Under the pieces are notes generated by a model. That model saw only the letters and a program-made list of their open reading frames with translations, had not been told where the DNA came from and did no database searches. A stretch of 64,000 nt of DNA, taken from assembly GCA_950097015.1 (NCBI GenBank), contig CATNEN010000003.1, forward strand, positions 9,982,001 to 10,046,000, read 5' to 3'. The DNA is from Macrostomum hystrix (Eukaryota > Animalia > Platyhelminthes). Shown here piece after piece: positions 38,909 to 51,544 of this stretch (positions within the stretch are counted from its first letter, which is position 1; every line of letters begins with the position of its first letter). The position numbers were made by a program, and so were the translations under genes.

Positions 38909-41293
38909 CTAGTCGTCATCGATTGTCAGTACAACGCGACCGCGACTAGCCGCCTTGTCGATGACAAAGTCGTGCGCGGCTGCTGCGTCCGATAGAGGAA
39001 ATTCGCGATCGACGACTGGGCGAAGCTTGCCGGCCTGAGTGATTGGGTTGAGCAGCTGGAAATATAGCCTGAGACTAGGGAGGCTTAGGACTCTGGGAGG
39101 CTTTGGGACTTCTGAGCGACTGAGGCGAGTTTAGGGCACCTTAAATAATTAAATGGGATCAAAGACACCTGAAGGTAGTCAGATGAGATTAAAGATACCA
39201 GAAGAGAATCAGATAGGATTAAAGATACCAGAAGAAAATCAGATGGGATTAAAGATACCTGAAGGTTGTCAGATGGGATTAAAAACACCTGAAGGTAGTC
39301 AGATAGGATTAAAGATACCAGAAGAGAATCAGATGGGATTAAAGATACCTGAAGGTTGTTAGATGGGATTAAAGATACCTGAAGGTAGTCGGATGGGATT
39401 AAAAACACCTGAAAAGAATCAGATGGGATTAAAAATACCAGAAGAGAATCAGATGGGATTAAAGACACCTGAAGAGAATCAGATGGAATTAAAAATACCT
39501 GAAGAGATTTATATGGGATTAAAGACTTTGGAGGGTATAGATTGAATTTTAAAAGACAAACAAAGTACTATGGTGACCCAAATTGAAATTTAACACCTAG
39601 GAGCCAAAGGCCTGGGATGGCCAACTTCACCTTCAGCATCTCGGCCAGCTCGGAGGCATAAGCGTCTAGCTCCTTGTCCGTGGACCGACGCAGAAACACG
39701 CCGGTGATGCTGACCTCCTTGGCCATTGTTAGGCGCGGATTGAAATCTAGCGAGCCTCGACTGCCAACGATCACAATGCGGCCACCCGGAGCAGCCAGGC
39801 GACAGTCAGTGGCCAAGTTGACATTGGCCAGCATCTCCACGGTCAGATGGACACCGTCTGTGTCGGCAGCTTCGTCGGCGATAGAGTCGGCATAGTCTGG
39901 CGATCGATGATCAAATGTCCGACTGGCGCCGTTGTCAAGGGCGAGTTGGCGACCTTCGGGACTGCCTGCGGAGGTGTCGGACGCTGCCTATGTACAAACT
40001 TGGACTACGTATGAGACAGGTTTTCGACGAAAAATACACTATGGATGAGAAATTTTCACTTTTCAAAAATAAAATCTTCATTGTTTTTTATTGTAAGAGG
40101 TTGTAGTCTAGTGGTTAGGGCGTTGAACTCATGACTTGAAGATCGGGAGGTCGGGGGTTCGATTCCCGACTCCACTGGAACAATTTGTGTCCTTTAGCAA
40201 GACACTTAACCCTGCATTGCTTCAGTACACCCTGCTGTTAAATGGGTACCAGCATTAGCTGGGATAATTGAAGCTGGGTATGACGTCCCCCCAGTCCATG
40301 GACTGAAAAGCTGTACGCAGCCGTCAGATGCACAGCGCAATATCTGCGGCTGTGCTGTCGGCTGCACATCTGGCCCGATTGGGCAAACTGAAACAATGCA
40401 GAGTGTCTTTGTTCCAGTGGAATCGGGAATCGAACCCCCGACCTCCCGACCTTCAAGTTGTAAGCATTGTAACCAACCGGCTGTGGCCAGCACTCGCATG
40501 CCAATACTCGCGGCCAGCTGGCAGCACAATAGGCCCACAGCTCCGCTGGCTCCGTGCACCAGAACAGTTTCGCCGGCTTTGGCTGAGCCGCAGGTTCGCA
40601 GGGCGCGCAAAGCTGTGAAAGCCGGCACGCCGAGGCAGGCGGCCTCAGACCAGGTCACACCGTCGGGCAGACGGAAAGTGGTGGATTGGTTAGCTAGGAC
40701 CAGTTGAGAATAGGAGCCGCTCAGAGTTCCCATTGTGTAGACTCGGTCACCTGGTTTGAGTCGTTCGGCAGCGACGCCTTCGCCTACAGCAACAATCTAG
40801 ATAAAAATACGGGAAATTCAGATTAGCGGTCAAGCGCGATGCTTAATAGGCAATCGGATTGACGATGGTTCGAATCGCAGCATTTATTAGATCTAAACGA
40901 TTCCAGCCCAAATAATATTTAAAATATTCTTTGATATCCAACGCGAAGAAGTTATTTTTACTTATTATTTTTACGAAGGTTTCAATTAAATGGTTAGACG
41001 GTTCTATAAGCCTCAGTTCAAATAATTTTTTATATATTTTTCGATACATATCGGCTGACCTAAATTCAATGGTTTATTACCTGGCCAGCACAATCTGAGC
41101 CAGGCGTGTAGGGCAGCTGCGGCAGTGCGGCATATTGACCTGATCTAATGTAAGTCTCAACAGGGTTGACACCAGCGGCAAGCGCTTTGATTAACACCTG
41201 ACCAGGACCGGGTGTAAGACGACTAGCCTCTGCGGTTGCTATTTGTAGCACAGAGGATGGGCCAAATTGTGTCACTCGAATGCAGCGATACAT
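38909..41293 (-). CDS. CRYZ: NADPH:quinone oxidoreductase / zeta-crystallin
   Basis: Exons 41081-41293, 40478-40796, 39631-39965, 38909-39034 (about 330 aa). Motifs GVNPVETYIRSG, LPYTPGSD, VLVHGASGAVG, EMLANVNL, VGSRG..NPRLTM. Confidence 0.92.
39152..39525. repeat. 30-bp minisatellite in CRYZ intron 3
   Basis: AGATGGGATTAAAGATACCTGAAGGTAGTC variants, about 12 copies. Confidence 0.93.
40097..40474 (+). mobile_element. SINE family A copy plus inverted partial head, in CRYZ intron 2
   Basis: Near-identical to 23852-24155. 40409-40458 is the reverse complement of 40134-40183. Confidence 0.85.
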
Positions 41294-41396
41294 TTTAATT
41301 CGTTCAGTTGCTTAAGTTAACGCCGGAGGGCTAAAAATATCACAAAGAATGCGTTGCAAACTTTAAAAATTGAAATAGATGGCTTGGTATAACACG

Positions 41397-41468
41397 TCCC
41401 TGATGGTCTAGCGGTTAGGATTCCTGGCTCTCACCCAGGCGGCCCGGGTTCGACTCCCGGTCAGGGAA
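41397..41468 (+). tRNA. tRNA-Glu (anticodon CTC)
   Basis: TCCCTGATGGTCTAGCGGTTAGGATTCCTGG-CTCTCAC-CCAGGCGGCCCGGGTTCGACTCCCGGTCAGGGAA forms an intact cloverleaf with A and B boxes. TTTT terminator at about 41474. Confidence 0.97.
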
Positions 41469-41836
41469 TATACTTTTGCCAATCGGATGCTATATTTTGA
41501 TTGCCGCATTCAGAGGAATTACAATTTACCTTTTATTATCTAGCAATGTTGAAATTATTTTTTAATACTAGAAATATTTAAAATATTAAATATAAAAAAA
41601 TATAAATATTAAATATTAAATATTAAAAATTATAAATTAGCAAAATTCATTATAAAAACCTTAAAATAAACAAAACAAAATTTGTGCGCTAATGAGGAAA
41701 ATCAACATTTTTAAGCGATAATTTTGCGATCGAAAACATATTTGTACTTAATTTTATATTCTTGACATCGTTTTACGAAAGCCAATATAAGTGTTTTTGT
41801 TACACTACTCTCAGTAGCCAATTAAATTCTCAAAAT

Positions 41837-44018
41837 TTATTCTGGCAATTTGATATTTTCAAGCAAAAACTTGTCCAATGCTTCTCGTTTTTCCGGCGAG
41901 AAAGCGGTGTTGAATTGAGCTGGAACTTTTAGTTTGCCGCTAGTCAGTGCATTCATAACAGCTCGCTTGCTCGCCGCAGCCGTTTTGCCTAGCTCGGCCT
42001 TCTCAGAGTCGCCCAGCTGATCGGACCTGCCAGCTAGCCAATCGGCAACAATGGCGCGAAGCCGCAGATCGGCCTGATGCAGCAGAGACATTGAACAGGT
42101 CTCGCGTGCCTCTTCTGCTAGTTTCTCTGCAACTTCTGGATCGGGCAGCGGCTCGAAAGGATTGGCTAGGCAGTCGCGAATTAGCGCGTGCAGCCGGCCA
42201 TTGACACTATTGTCTGAGTAGCTGAAGATTTGAAGACGATATGTATCGAAATTAGAATGTTCTCGAGCAATAAAATTCGGTACGTTAAAAGTTTACAGTA
42301 TTCCTATATGTATCGAAAAACTGATGTCACAATATGAGAAGTACCTAAGAACTTACGCATCTGTAAGCAAATGTAAATCCGATATGTATCGAAAAATAAG
42401 AATGTAGCAGTAAGTGAACAAAAACTTACTGTCCAACGTCGTCAAGAAAACCGAGATCGCTTTGACCCAAAACGCAGTTGTACTTTTCCCAGGCATTCCG
42501 CTCGGGATTAGGCGCCTCTAACCTTTCCCACATGCGATCTAGAACGCCATTGGGCACTGGCTTATCGCGAAACGCATTCACTAGCTTCAATTGGGCTAAG
42601 CTTGCCTTCAGGTAGACAGTGCCGTAGCCGCAGTTGTCTGAGCGTTTGTGTGAGTTTACATTTTACTCTAAATAGTATATGAAGGATCACAACTAACTGC
42701 CCTGAAATATCGCGGAAAATAATTTGAAGAACGAGGGTTGGCTGGTAAATTATTAGACTTTGACCTGAATGATTAGTGAGTTGCCCTGAAGGATCAGGAA
42801 ATTGCCCTGTAGGATCACTGAACAGCGCTGAAGGATCAGGAAAAAACCCTTAAGGATTGGGTAATAGCCCTGAAGGATCGAAGAATAGCCATGAAGGATC
42901 GAATAATAGCCCTGAAGGATCGAAGAATAGCCATGAAGGATCAAAGAATAGCCCTGAAGGATCGAAGAATAGCCATGAAGGATCAAAGAATAGCCATGAA
43001 GGATCAAAGAATAGCCCTGAAGGATCGAAGAATAGCCATGAAGGATCGAAGAATAGCCCTGAAGGATCGAAGAATAGCCATGAAGGATCGAAAAATAGCC
43101 CTGAAGGATCAAAGAATAGCCATGAAGGATCGAAAAATAGCCCTGAAGGATCAAAGAATAGCCATGAAGGATCGAAAAATAGCCCTGAAGGATCAAAGAA
43201 TAGCCATGAAGGATCGAAAAATAGCCCTGAAGGATCAAAGAATAGCCCTGAAGGATCGAAAAATAGCCCTGAAGGATCAAAGAATAGCCATGAAGGATCG
43301 AAAAATAGCCCTGAAGGATCAAAGAATAGCCCTGAAGGATCGAAAAATAGCCCTGAAGGATCAAAGAATAGCCATGAAGGATCGAAGAATAGCCCTGAAG
43401 GATCTAAGAACAGCCCTGAAGGACCAGCAAATAGCCCTCAAGGATCAGGAATAGCCCTGAAGGACCAGCAAATAGCCCTATAGGATCGGTTAAGCCCTGA
43501 AGGAAGCTTGAATGAAAAAATCCAGGCAAGGTACAGCGGTACTCACAGTGCCTTGCTAGCTGCAGAGCCGAGTACCTCATGCTACTATAGTAGAAATTAT
43601 CATCCAACAGCAATACTCGACAAGTAGAAACGGGGGCAGTAGACAGTGGCACAGCTAAACCGGTTAGATCTGGTTCTGCTCCATCGGAGTTATCTTCGGA
43701 GAAGTACAACTTGGCCGCATGATTAGTGAGTCTACATAGCAACTTGTCCAAGCTTCTGAGTAGGCATTGTCGAACCTGTTTCCAAGTGGCGACGTCTTCC
43801 AGGTTGACACTGGCCGACACAGCCGAGTCGGGTACAAACTGGTCGAATTCCAAGTGACTAAAGCGAATGACGTCATTGTTAGAGTTGGCGAGGCGATTCA
43901 GCGAGGCGCGGCAGAGATTTTTACACAGGGTGGTCTTGCCACAGCCAGGCAAACCCATCACTAACAGAAGGGCAATGGATGGTCTGTCATTGTTGACCAT
44001 AGTAGAGCCAGATTGCAT
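41837..44018 (-). CDS. PSTK: L-seryl-tRNA(Sec) kinase
   Basis: Exons 43547-44018 (the start could be 44000), 42430-42637, 41837-42221. P-loop GLPGCGKTT, LLLDDNFYYSSMRY, RLEAPNP..NAWEK, LHQADLRLR. Confidence 0.88.
42785..43503. repeat. 21-bp minisatellite in PSTK intron 1
   Basis: GCCCTGAAGGATCGAAGAATA, about 30 copies. Confidence 0.95.
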
Positions 44019-44411
44019 TGGTGTAGTGTGTATGATGGGTACAGTTTCTGAAAATTCCCGATCAGATATCGCGATGAATAGTGTGTTTTATTGGACTCAA
44101 TACGGTAAAGGTCGCGAGTTCCATTCCCCAAATTATTAATTAATTTGAGACGCATATTTAACTGCAGAATTTAATTGAAAACGTTTAGACGATTTGCTGG
44201 TTCAGTGTATTTTGCAATTAATAAACTTTTTCGATGCAAGAAAACTTACTAATTGAAGTTGAAATTTAGTGACTGTAATATATAAACAACTTTTTAAGCA
44301 ATTTCGGTTCAGTGAAAAGTTAGAAGAAAGTATATAATTACAAAAAATGAATGTTTGAATAATTAAGCACAGAAAGTTAAGAAAAAATATGTTTTTTAAG
44401 TAAAAAAACAA

Positions 44412-44785
44412 TTCGACGAACCCAACAGTTTCTCTAAGCAAATCGACGAACCCAACAGTTTCTCTAAGCAAATCGACGAACCCAACAGTTTCTCTAAGCA
44501 AATCGACGAACCCAACAGTTTCTCTAAGCAAATCGACGAACCCAACAGTTTCTCTAAGCAAATCGACGAACCCAACAGTTTCTCTAAGCAAATCGACGAA
44601 CCCAACAGTTTCTCTATAGAAATCGACGAACCCAACAGTTTCTCTATAGTAATCGACGAACCTAACAGTTTCTCTATAGTAATCGACGAACCTAACAGTT
44701 TCTCTATAGAAATCGACGAACCTAACAGTTTCTCTATAGAAATCGACGAATCCAACAGTTTTTTCTATGGAAATTGACGAACCCA
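44412..44785. repeat. 30-bp minisatellite in the SAE1-PSTK spacer
   Basis: AATCGACGAACCCAACAGTTTCTCTAAGCA, about 12 copies. Confidence 0.95.
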
Positions 44786-44908
44786 GCAAAAGTACAAATT
44801 CGAGTAAGATATTAAGAACCGAGCTGATAAATGACATAAAAATGCAGTGTTATTTAGCCTAACAGAGCCAGTCATTAAGTCAGGAAGTTAAAGTTGTCAG
44901 AAAGCAGT

Positions 44909-47903
44909 TTAGCCCAATGTCTGAATCGATCCGCACGATTGTATGCCGTCGAATACAAAGAAATTGTTGCACGGATCGTCCTTGTGCGAGACGGCCTGGA
45001 AAAACAATAGGGTTCGATTTGCAATCGTCAGTAGTCAGTAGTATGGAAGGGAAATAAAAAAACAACAATTCATTAAGTAAAAAGTTGTATTTCTTTGATT
45101 TTGATCTCTAGTAAGCTTCTCTCCATAATAAATATAATCATGAATGCGAATTAAACAATGCGAATTGAAACTCCATCGGATTGTGACGGCAATTCTAAAT
45201 AGAAGTGTCATACGAAGTACATAAGTACAAATCGAGTAGTTGTGACATTTCAAGGCCGACTATGAACAAAAAGCGCTATTATCTTCTTTGCTTCTAAAGC
45301 AAGAATTTTAAGGATTCCATTTATTATGCTAAAATGTTTTTATAATAAACATCTATTTCTAACATTATCCCACCTGATTTTCACATTAACCTACCCGGGT
45401 TTCACATTATCACACCCGAGTCTCACATTTACTCTTCCGAGTTTCACGTTAAACCACCCGAGTCTCACATTTACTCTTCCGAGTTTCACATTATCCCACC
45501 CGAGTTTCACACTATCCTACCAGAGTTTCACATTATCCTACCCGATTCTCACATTATCCTACCCGATTCTCACATTATCCTACCCGATTCTCACATTATC
45601 CTACCCGATTCTCACATTATCCAACTGAATTTCTCACATTATCCTACTGAGTTCCTCACATTATTCTACTGAGTTCCTCACATTATCCAACTGAATTTCT
45701 CACATTATCCTACTGAGTTCCTCACATTATTCTACTGATTTCCTCACATTATCCTACTGATTTCCTCACATTATCCTACTGATTTCCTCACATTATCCTA
45801 CTGATTTCCTCACATTATCCTACTGAGTTCCTCACATTATCCTACTGATTTCCTCACATTATCCTACTGATTTCCTCACATTATCCTACTGATTTCCTCA
45901 CATTTTCCTACTGAGTTCCTCACATTATCCTACTGAGTTCCTCACATTATCCTACTGAGTTCCTCACATTATCCTACTGAGTTCCTCACATTATCCTACT
46001 GATTTCCTCACATTATCCTACTGATTTCCTCACATTATCCTACTGATTTCCTCACATTATCCTACTGATTTCCTCACATTATCCTACTGATTTCCTCACA
46101 TTATCCTACTGATTTGCTCACATTATCCTACTGAGTTCCTCAGATTATCCTACTGATTTCCTCACATTATCCTACTGAGTTCCTCACATTATCCTACTGA
46201 GTTCCTCACATTATCCTACTGAGTTCCTCACATTATCCTACTGAGTTCCTCACATTATCCTACTGAGTTCCTCACATTATCCTACTGAGTTCCTCACATT
46301 ATCCTACTGAGTTCCTCACATTATCCTACTGATTTGCTCACATTATCCTACTGAGTTCCTCACATTATCCTACTGAGTTCCTCACATTATCCTACTGAGT
46401 TCCTCACATTATCCTACTGATTTGCTCACATTATCCTACCAAATTTCTGAAATTATCCCGCCCGAATTCTCAGCCAATCGCAGCCCTACCTTGATCACCT
46501 CCTGAGCGGTGACGCCGCCAAGAATGGCCAGTACGGGACACAGCGGCCGCTGTAGGCCGGAGTTCAACGCAGCCTCGTCAAGCAGGTTGGCCGGCAGTTG
46601 TTGACTCTCGGCGAAGGCTCGCCACAGACTTTTCAAAGCGTCGACATCGGACGGCCCGGCCCGAGTGCCGCCATTCGCGCGCTGAAATTCAAACAGCAGA
46701 AATGTCAAGTAGAGCGACGGCGGCAGGCGGCGAAGGCTGCCGAGTCTAGACGGATCCCAGCGAGTTTTGAGCACGGACTCAAAGTCGGGATAATCGACGC
46801 GACGTTTAATTAGTTGAGTCTCAGCTGGCTGAGCAGCGGGGTGGCTTGAGTTGTCGGAGGCGGAATCAGAAGGACCGTCAGCGATGACAACACTGGCGGC
46901 TTGCTGATGGCCAGCCTTTGGCGGCACCTGCAGATTCGATGACATTGTGTTACTTAACCAGTGTCTTCTTTGTCACCCGGTTAAGTGTTTATACCCCTAG
47001 CCTACATTGGATTGTCATTAACGCCAGCTTAAAATCCTAATATCTAACCCACATGCACTTCGGATTCTGGGGAAGTCAACATAAAACCAAAAATGTTCTG
47101 TCTTCATGAATCAATTCTTAAGCCACACCAGATGGCTTAGCAATGGATTACAAATCCTTAATCTAGCCTTCAACTAATCAGCAGCTTCCTTAATTAAGTC
47201 CCTAATTCTAAGCTTCTATAATGTTTTAAAAGTTGGAATTATTGATCAGGTTTTCAAGCACTTTAACAAGGTACTCAATAATAATCATCTGTATCTCTAT
47301 CCTCATTAGCAGCTTCCCAATTCGAAACGTTCCGCTGATCCTCACCGTCTTCGTCTCGGCGGCATATTCGTGATTCTGCAAATCCAAAAATGCGTAGCCG
47401 TGACAGCCGAAACAGTCGGCTGCAAAGAATTGCACGAGCTTGCCGTTGACGCTATGAGCATCGCGACAGATCCTATTGAGAAACTGCAGGACACCAACTG
47501 GCTGACCAATCGCTACTAAAGCTTCGTAGCCTTCAACACTCAACACTTCGGTTGACAACTCGTCCGGCTGACCAGCTCTGGATGTCACATCAACCATCGG
47601 ATTGAGATCTTTCAATGCCGCCAGAGCGGCCTCGGAGCGACAAGGCCGGCTGTTTGTTACTAAAAGTTCGGCGTCGTAGATGAAGCTGTCATTAATATCG
47701 TCAGTTGTTAGCGGCGTGTCATCCATCAGAGTGAGGGATCGAACACCCGCTAGCACCAGATTCTTGGCCACCTCGCCAGCCAGGGGCGGGGCGCCGATCA
47801 TCAATACGCGCGCGGCTCGCAGACGCTTCTGAGCGTCCAGACCCCACAGGCGAATTTGACGATCGTACAGTTCGGCTTCCTGGGCCGTGATGTCAGCGTC
47901 CAT
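44909..47903 (-). CDS. SAE1: SUMO-activating enzyme subunit 1 (Aos1)
   Basis: Exons 47346-47903, 46490-46927, 44909-44995 (about 360 aa). Motifs EAELYDRQIRLWGLDAQKRL, EVAKNLVLAGV, LNPMV, PVLAILGGVTAQEVIKAVS..P.NNFFVFDG. Confidence 0.93.
45361..46438. repeat. 21-22-bp minisatellite in SAE1 intron 2
   Basis: CTCACATTATCCTACTGA(G/T)TTC units. Confidence 0.95.
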
Positions 47904-48071
47904 AATTGGAAATCGCTGCAAAAATCAATCGATAGAAGCATTTTTGTAAAATCACTTAGACACGACAAGCCCCCCAAATTAATGAGGCGCACTACGGATT
48001 CGAGCTCAGGTAACCCCGTAGAAAGAATTGGACGCTATTCCGCTATGCAACTCAACTCATTAAGTTCTCTT

Positions 48072-48739
48072 TACTTCACACCTAGCTTCATTCCTAGCTC
48101 AGTAGCACCCACCTCACTCCTTCACATCTAGCTTCATTCCTAGCCCAGTAGCACCCACCTCACTCCTTCACACCTAGCTTCATTCCTAGCCCAGTAGCAC
48201 CCACCTCACTTCTTCACATCTAGCTTCATTCCTAGCCCAGTAGCACCCACCTCACTTCTTCACATCTAGCTTCATTCCTAGCCCAGTAGCACCCACCTCA
48301 CTCCTTCACACCTAGCTTCATTCCTAGCCCAGTAGCACCCACCTCACTCCTTCACACCTAGCTTCATTCCTAGCCCAGTAGCACCCACCTCACTCCTTCA
48401 CACCTAGCTTCATTCCTAGCCCAGTAGCACCCACCTCACCCCTTCACACCTAGCTTCATTCCTAGCCCAGTAGCACCCACCTCACTGCTTCACACCTAGC
48501 TTCATTCCTAGCCCAGTAGCACCCACCTCACTCCTTCACACCTAGCTTCATTCCTAGCCCAGTAGCACCCACCTCACCCCTTCACACCTAGCTTCATTCC
48601 TAGCCCAGTAGCACCCACCTCACTCCTTCACACCTTGCTTCATTCCTAACCTAGTAGCACCCACATCACTCCTTCACACCTAGCTTCATTCCTAGCCCAG
48701 TAGCACCCACCTCAATCCTTCACATGTAGCTTCATTCCA
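48072..48739. repeat. 46-bp minisatellite in the UFSP1-SAE1 spacer
   Basis: CACCTAGCTTCATTCCTAGCCCAGTAGCACCCACCTCACTCCTTCA, about 14 copies. Confidence 0.95.
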
Positions 48740-49316
48740 AGTTTTTCGGGATGAAATCTAATCGTTAAAAATGATTCGCAATTCTCGTTTCCTTCAGTTC
48801 ACTAAGCTGTAAATTCTGTGGCAATAATTTGATGGCATCCTAGGCAAACTTAATAAAACATGAGTTTCAGCTCTAGCCGATGCTAAGAAAAAAAAACGCA
48901 AAAATGAAAATAATTGGAGCTTCAACGGCTCGCAGCTATTTTCAATCATCCGGATTTTCGCCATAATCCAAAAAACACCTGGGTTTCCGTTACGAAGGCT
49001 TAGCTATAAAATAAAATCAATATTTTCTTAGAAACAGACCGCCAAATTTAGTTTGAGTCGAGAATTATTTGAATCTGAACTGAAATTGCTAAGCTTCCAA
49101 TCAAGAAATGTTAATTAAAAAAGTATACGAGCTATTTTTAGAAATAACAGAAAAAAAACTAAATCTGCTTCAGATGGAAAAAGAAAAGACAAAAAATTTA
49201 ACGACTAACTTTCTTGTTTAATTAACTAAACGCACTCTCTATTTAATTAGAAATTCGATATAGACTTAGTGAAATAAATAAAGATCATTTAAGGAATGAG
49301 GCAACCACTTTGGTAA

Positions 49317-50006
49317 TTAGATGATAGGTAGGCACAGATTATAGAAATGTGTCTCGCTAAATGATTCAACACTGTGCCAAGCAAGCCAGCCATCATTCAC
49401 TAGATGAACTAGATCCGATGAGTGTCCAACATATCCGAGAACAAGATGCGGATCCAATACTAGCAGCTCCGCATTGGCATCGGGAGCTATCATCACGGCC
49501 AAGATGGTTTTAGCCGCGGCATCCGTGTGACCGCCCATCATAACGGGACAGCCGACATCGAGAAAGTGTCGCTTCAGAGCGTGAACATCAAGCAGATGAC
49601 GAGAATCAGTTGAACACTGCTGATGAAATATCCGGCATCGACAATCAGCGAATCTATCAATCAGATAAGCGGCCTCCAAACAGCCAATCCAATCTTTGGA
49701 GCCGACAAAACTAGCCGGCTTATCTCCCATAGCAACTAGGGCTGATTGCATCTGCGGCAAAGTTGGTACCAATATATCCCGCTTTAAAACAGGTTTAGCA
49801 TTCAGTAACAACCAGTGCAGTATAGTCTGACAGGTGCGGTAACCGCAGCCCCAGCCAGCATCGTTAAAACCATCGCAGCCGTAATGATAATGGGCTACTG
49901 AGCCAGAGAAACCGGTAACAAATTCTGGTTGAATTTTTTTTGGCAACAGCTGAACTGCATCAGCTAAGCTGAATTCGGTCAGGTTTGGCGGCTGCTGAAG
50001 TGACAT
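49317..50006 (-). CDS. UFSP1: Ufm1-specific protease 1 (peptidase C78, short form)
   Basis: Single 229-aa exon. Catalytic Cys box HYHY..DG.ND.GWGCGYR, GSKDWIG, PVMMGG, LVLDPH, FYNLCLP. Confidence 0.88.
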   Translation of the reverse strand: MSLQQPPNLTEFSLADAVQLLPKKIQPEFVTGFSGSVAHYHYGCDGFNDAGWGCGYRTCQTILHWLLLNAKPVLKRDILVPTLPQMQSALVAMGDKPASFVGSKDWIGCLEAAYLIDRFADCRCRIFHQQCSTDSRHLLDVHALKRHFLDVGCPVMMGGHTDAAAKTILAVMIAPDANAELLVLDPHLVLGYVGHSSDLVHLVNDGWLAWHSVESFSETHFYNLCLPII

Positions 50007-50119
50007 TTAAAGCAACTAGACCAGTTAAGAGCATTGCGCGATTTAGATATGAGATGTCAATAGGATGCCACAGACAATTGGGACATTATTGTGGGATTTA
50101 ATACTGTACAATTGTGTAA

Positions 50120-50470
50120 TTTTATGGGAGTGCTGCGGTCAAAGGCACATCATTTGGTGGTACTAGACACAGCCAGCGAGGAGACAATTCTGCCCATTCC
50201 GCTGACTCCTGAGCACACTCGGACACAGATACCGTACGCAGGCACACACTCATGCACACAGGAGTGTACATCTGCTATGACTTTCTCTATCGTCAGGCAG
50301 TGTACACTCTCACTGCGCCTTAGAGGTTGGCACTTAAGGGCACAAATGGCACGACGAGCCCCCAAGCCTTCGCGCCGCAACTGCGCCCCAAATGGCCTTG
50401 CTGCGGAATCGAGCTCAGGGACCTTGGTGCGAGAGGCAAACGTGTTAACTGCTCTTCCACTCACCACTCC
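50120..50470 (-). mobile_element. SINE family B, full length
   Basis: Reverse copy from the head (GTGAGTGGAAGAGCAGTTAA, GAGCTCGATTCC) to the tail. Confidence 0.78.
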
Positions 50471-51011
50471 CTCTAAAGATGATTGTGGAGTTCTGAAGAC
50501 AATTTCTATCAAAATCGTGTGATTTCGATACAGTATAGGATTGAATGATGATTGTGGAATTCTGATCGGATTCTGAAAGTGAGCGTGTGACTAGGAGTTT
50601 GATTCTGAAGAAAACAGAATCCATCATTTTAAAATTTTATAAAGTTAAAGTTTATTTTAAATTTGATTTTCAAAGCAATTGTGGGACATAATTGGGTTCA
50701 AACTAAATCGGTTTAATTTCAATGGTGTTATTGTGTTATGCAAAGACCATATTATTAAAAGGCAGTAAAATTTAAAGTCAAACGTTTGACTAGAAATTTG
50801 TCATACAAATGAAAATTTTGTAATCTAATCTACGAGTATTAGATCAAATAGATTTAAACACAATCACAGAAGTATTATTTCCCGTTCTAAAACAAGCCCT
50901 TTAGCAAAAATTTGAACCATATACAATAGCTCGTACACCGAGGTAGGCAGAAGGTAAAGATTAGTTACATTTTAAAGAGAAGCCATTCAGTCTACGAACT
51001 TCAAATTTTAG

Positions 51012-51025
51012 GTTGCCATGGAAAC
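51012..51025. promoter_or_regulatory. RFX X-box motif
   Basis: GTTGCCATGGAAAC, near-perfect consensus, about 1 kb upstream of UFSP1. Confidence 0.4.
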
Positions 51026-51544
51026 CATTCACCAATTATAAAAAATTATCAATTTTTACACATCTGTCCCCACTTTATTGACGATCTAAACAGGCAGACA
51101 GGGAAAAACGAGGCAGACAGGAATATTGATCGCATGATTTCCGACTGTAGGGGACTAAAATAAGAACAGGAAAAGCTATACAACCGGCTTACACATGGTA
51201 TAGTCCAGGCATTTGATTAGGCAGATTTGCGGGTTGCCTAATAGGAGAAGAGGCGAAAATCTGATGAATGTTGAACAGAATCAGGTTACAGAAGCTGCTT
51301 GGGAATTTCATTGAGAGTATTCCCAGCTGAGCTAGCAGAGGAGAGACAAGAAAGAGGCGTAAGAATCGAATGACTAAAAGAAGAGAAGGAGGCACTTAAA
51401 GCCTCAATATCGCAACTAAAACTGACAGTCATGTTTATTGAGGATTAACAGCGAATAGGATGCACTTATTGGACCCATATTTACGAAGTTAAAACTACAA
51501 TAAATTGTCTTACTCAAAGATATAAATATAATATTAATAATATT

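Noticed and set aside
41837-44018. Selenoprotein or SECIS element near PSTK
   Set aside because: None of the gene models needs an in-frame TGA, and no convincing SECIS is visible by eye.
44412-48739. 30-46-bp repeats as CRISPR arrays
   Set aside because: The units are directly tandem with no unique spacers, there are no cas genes, and the context is eukaryotic.
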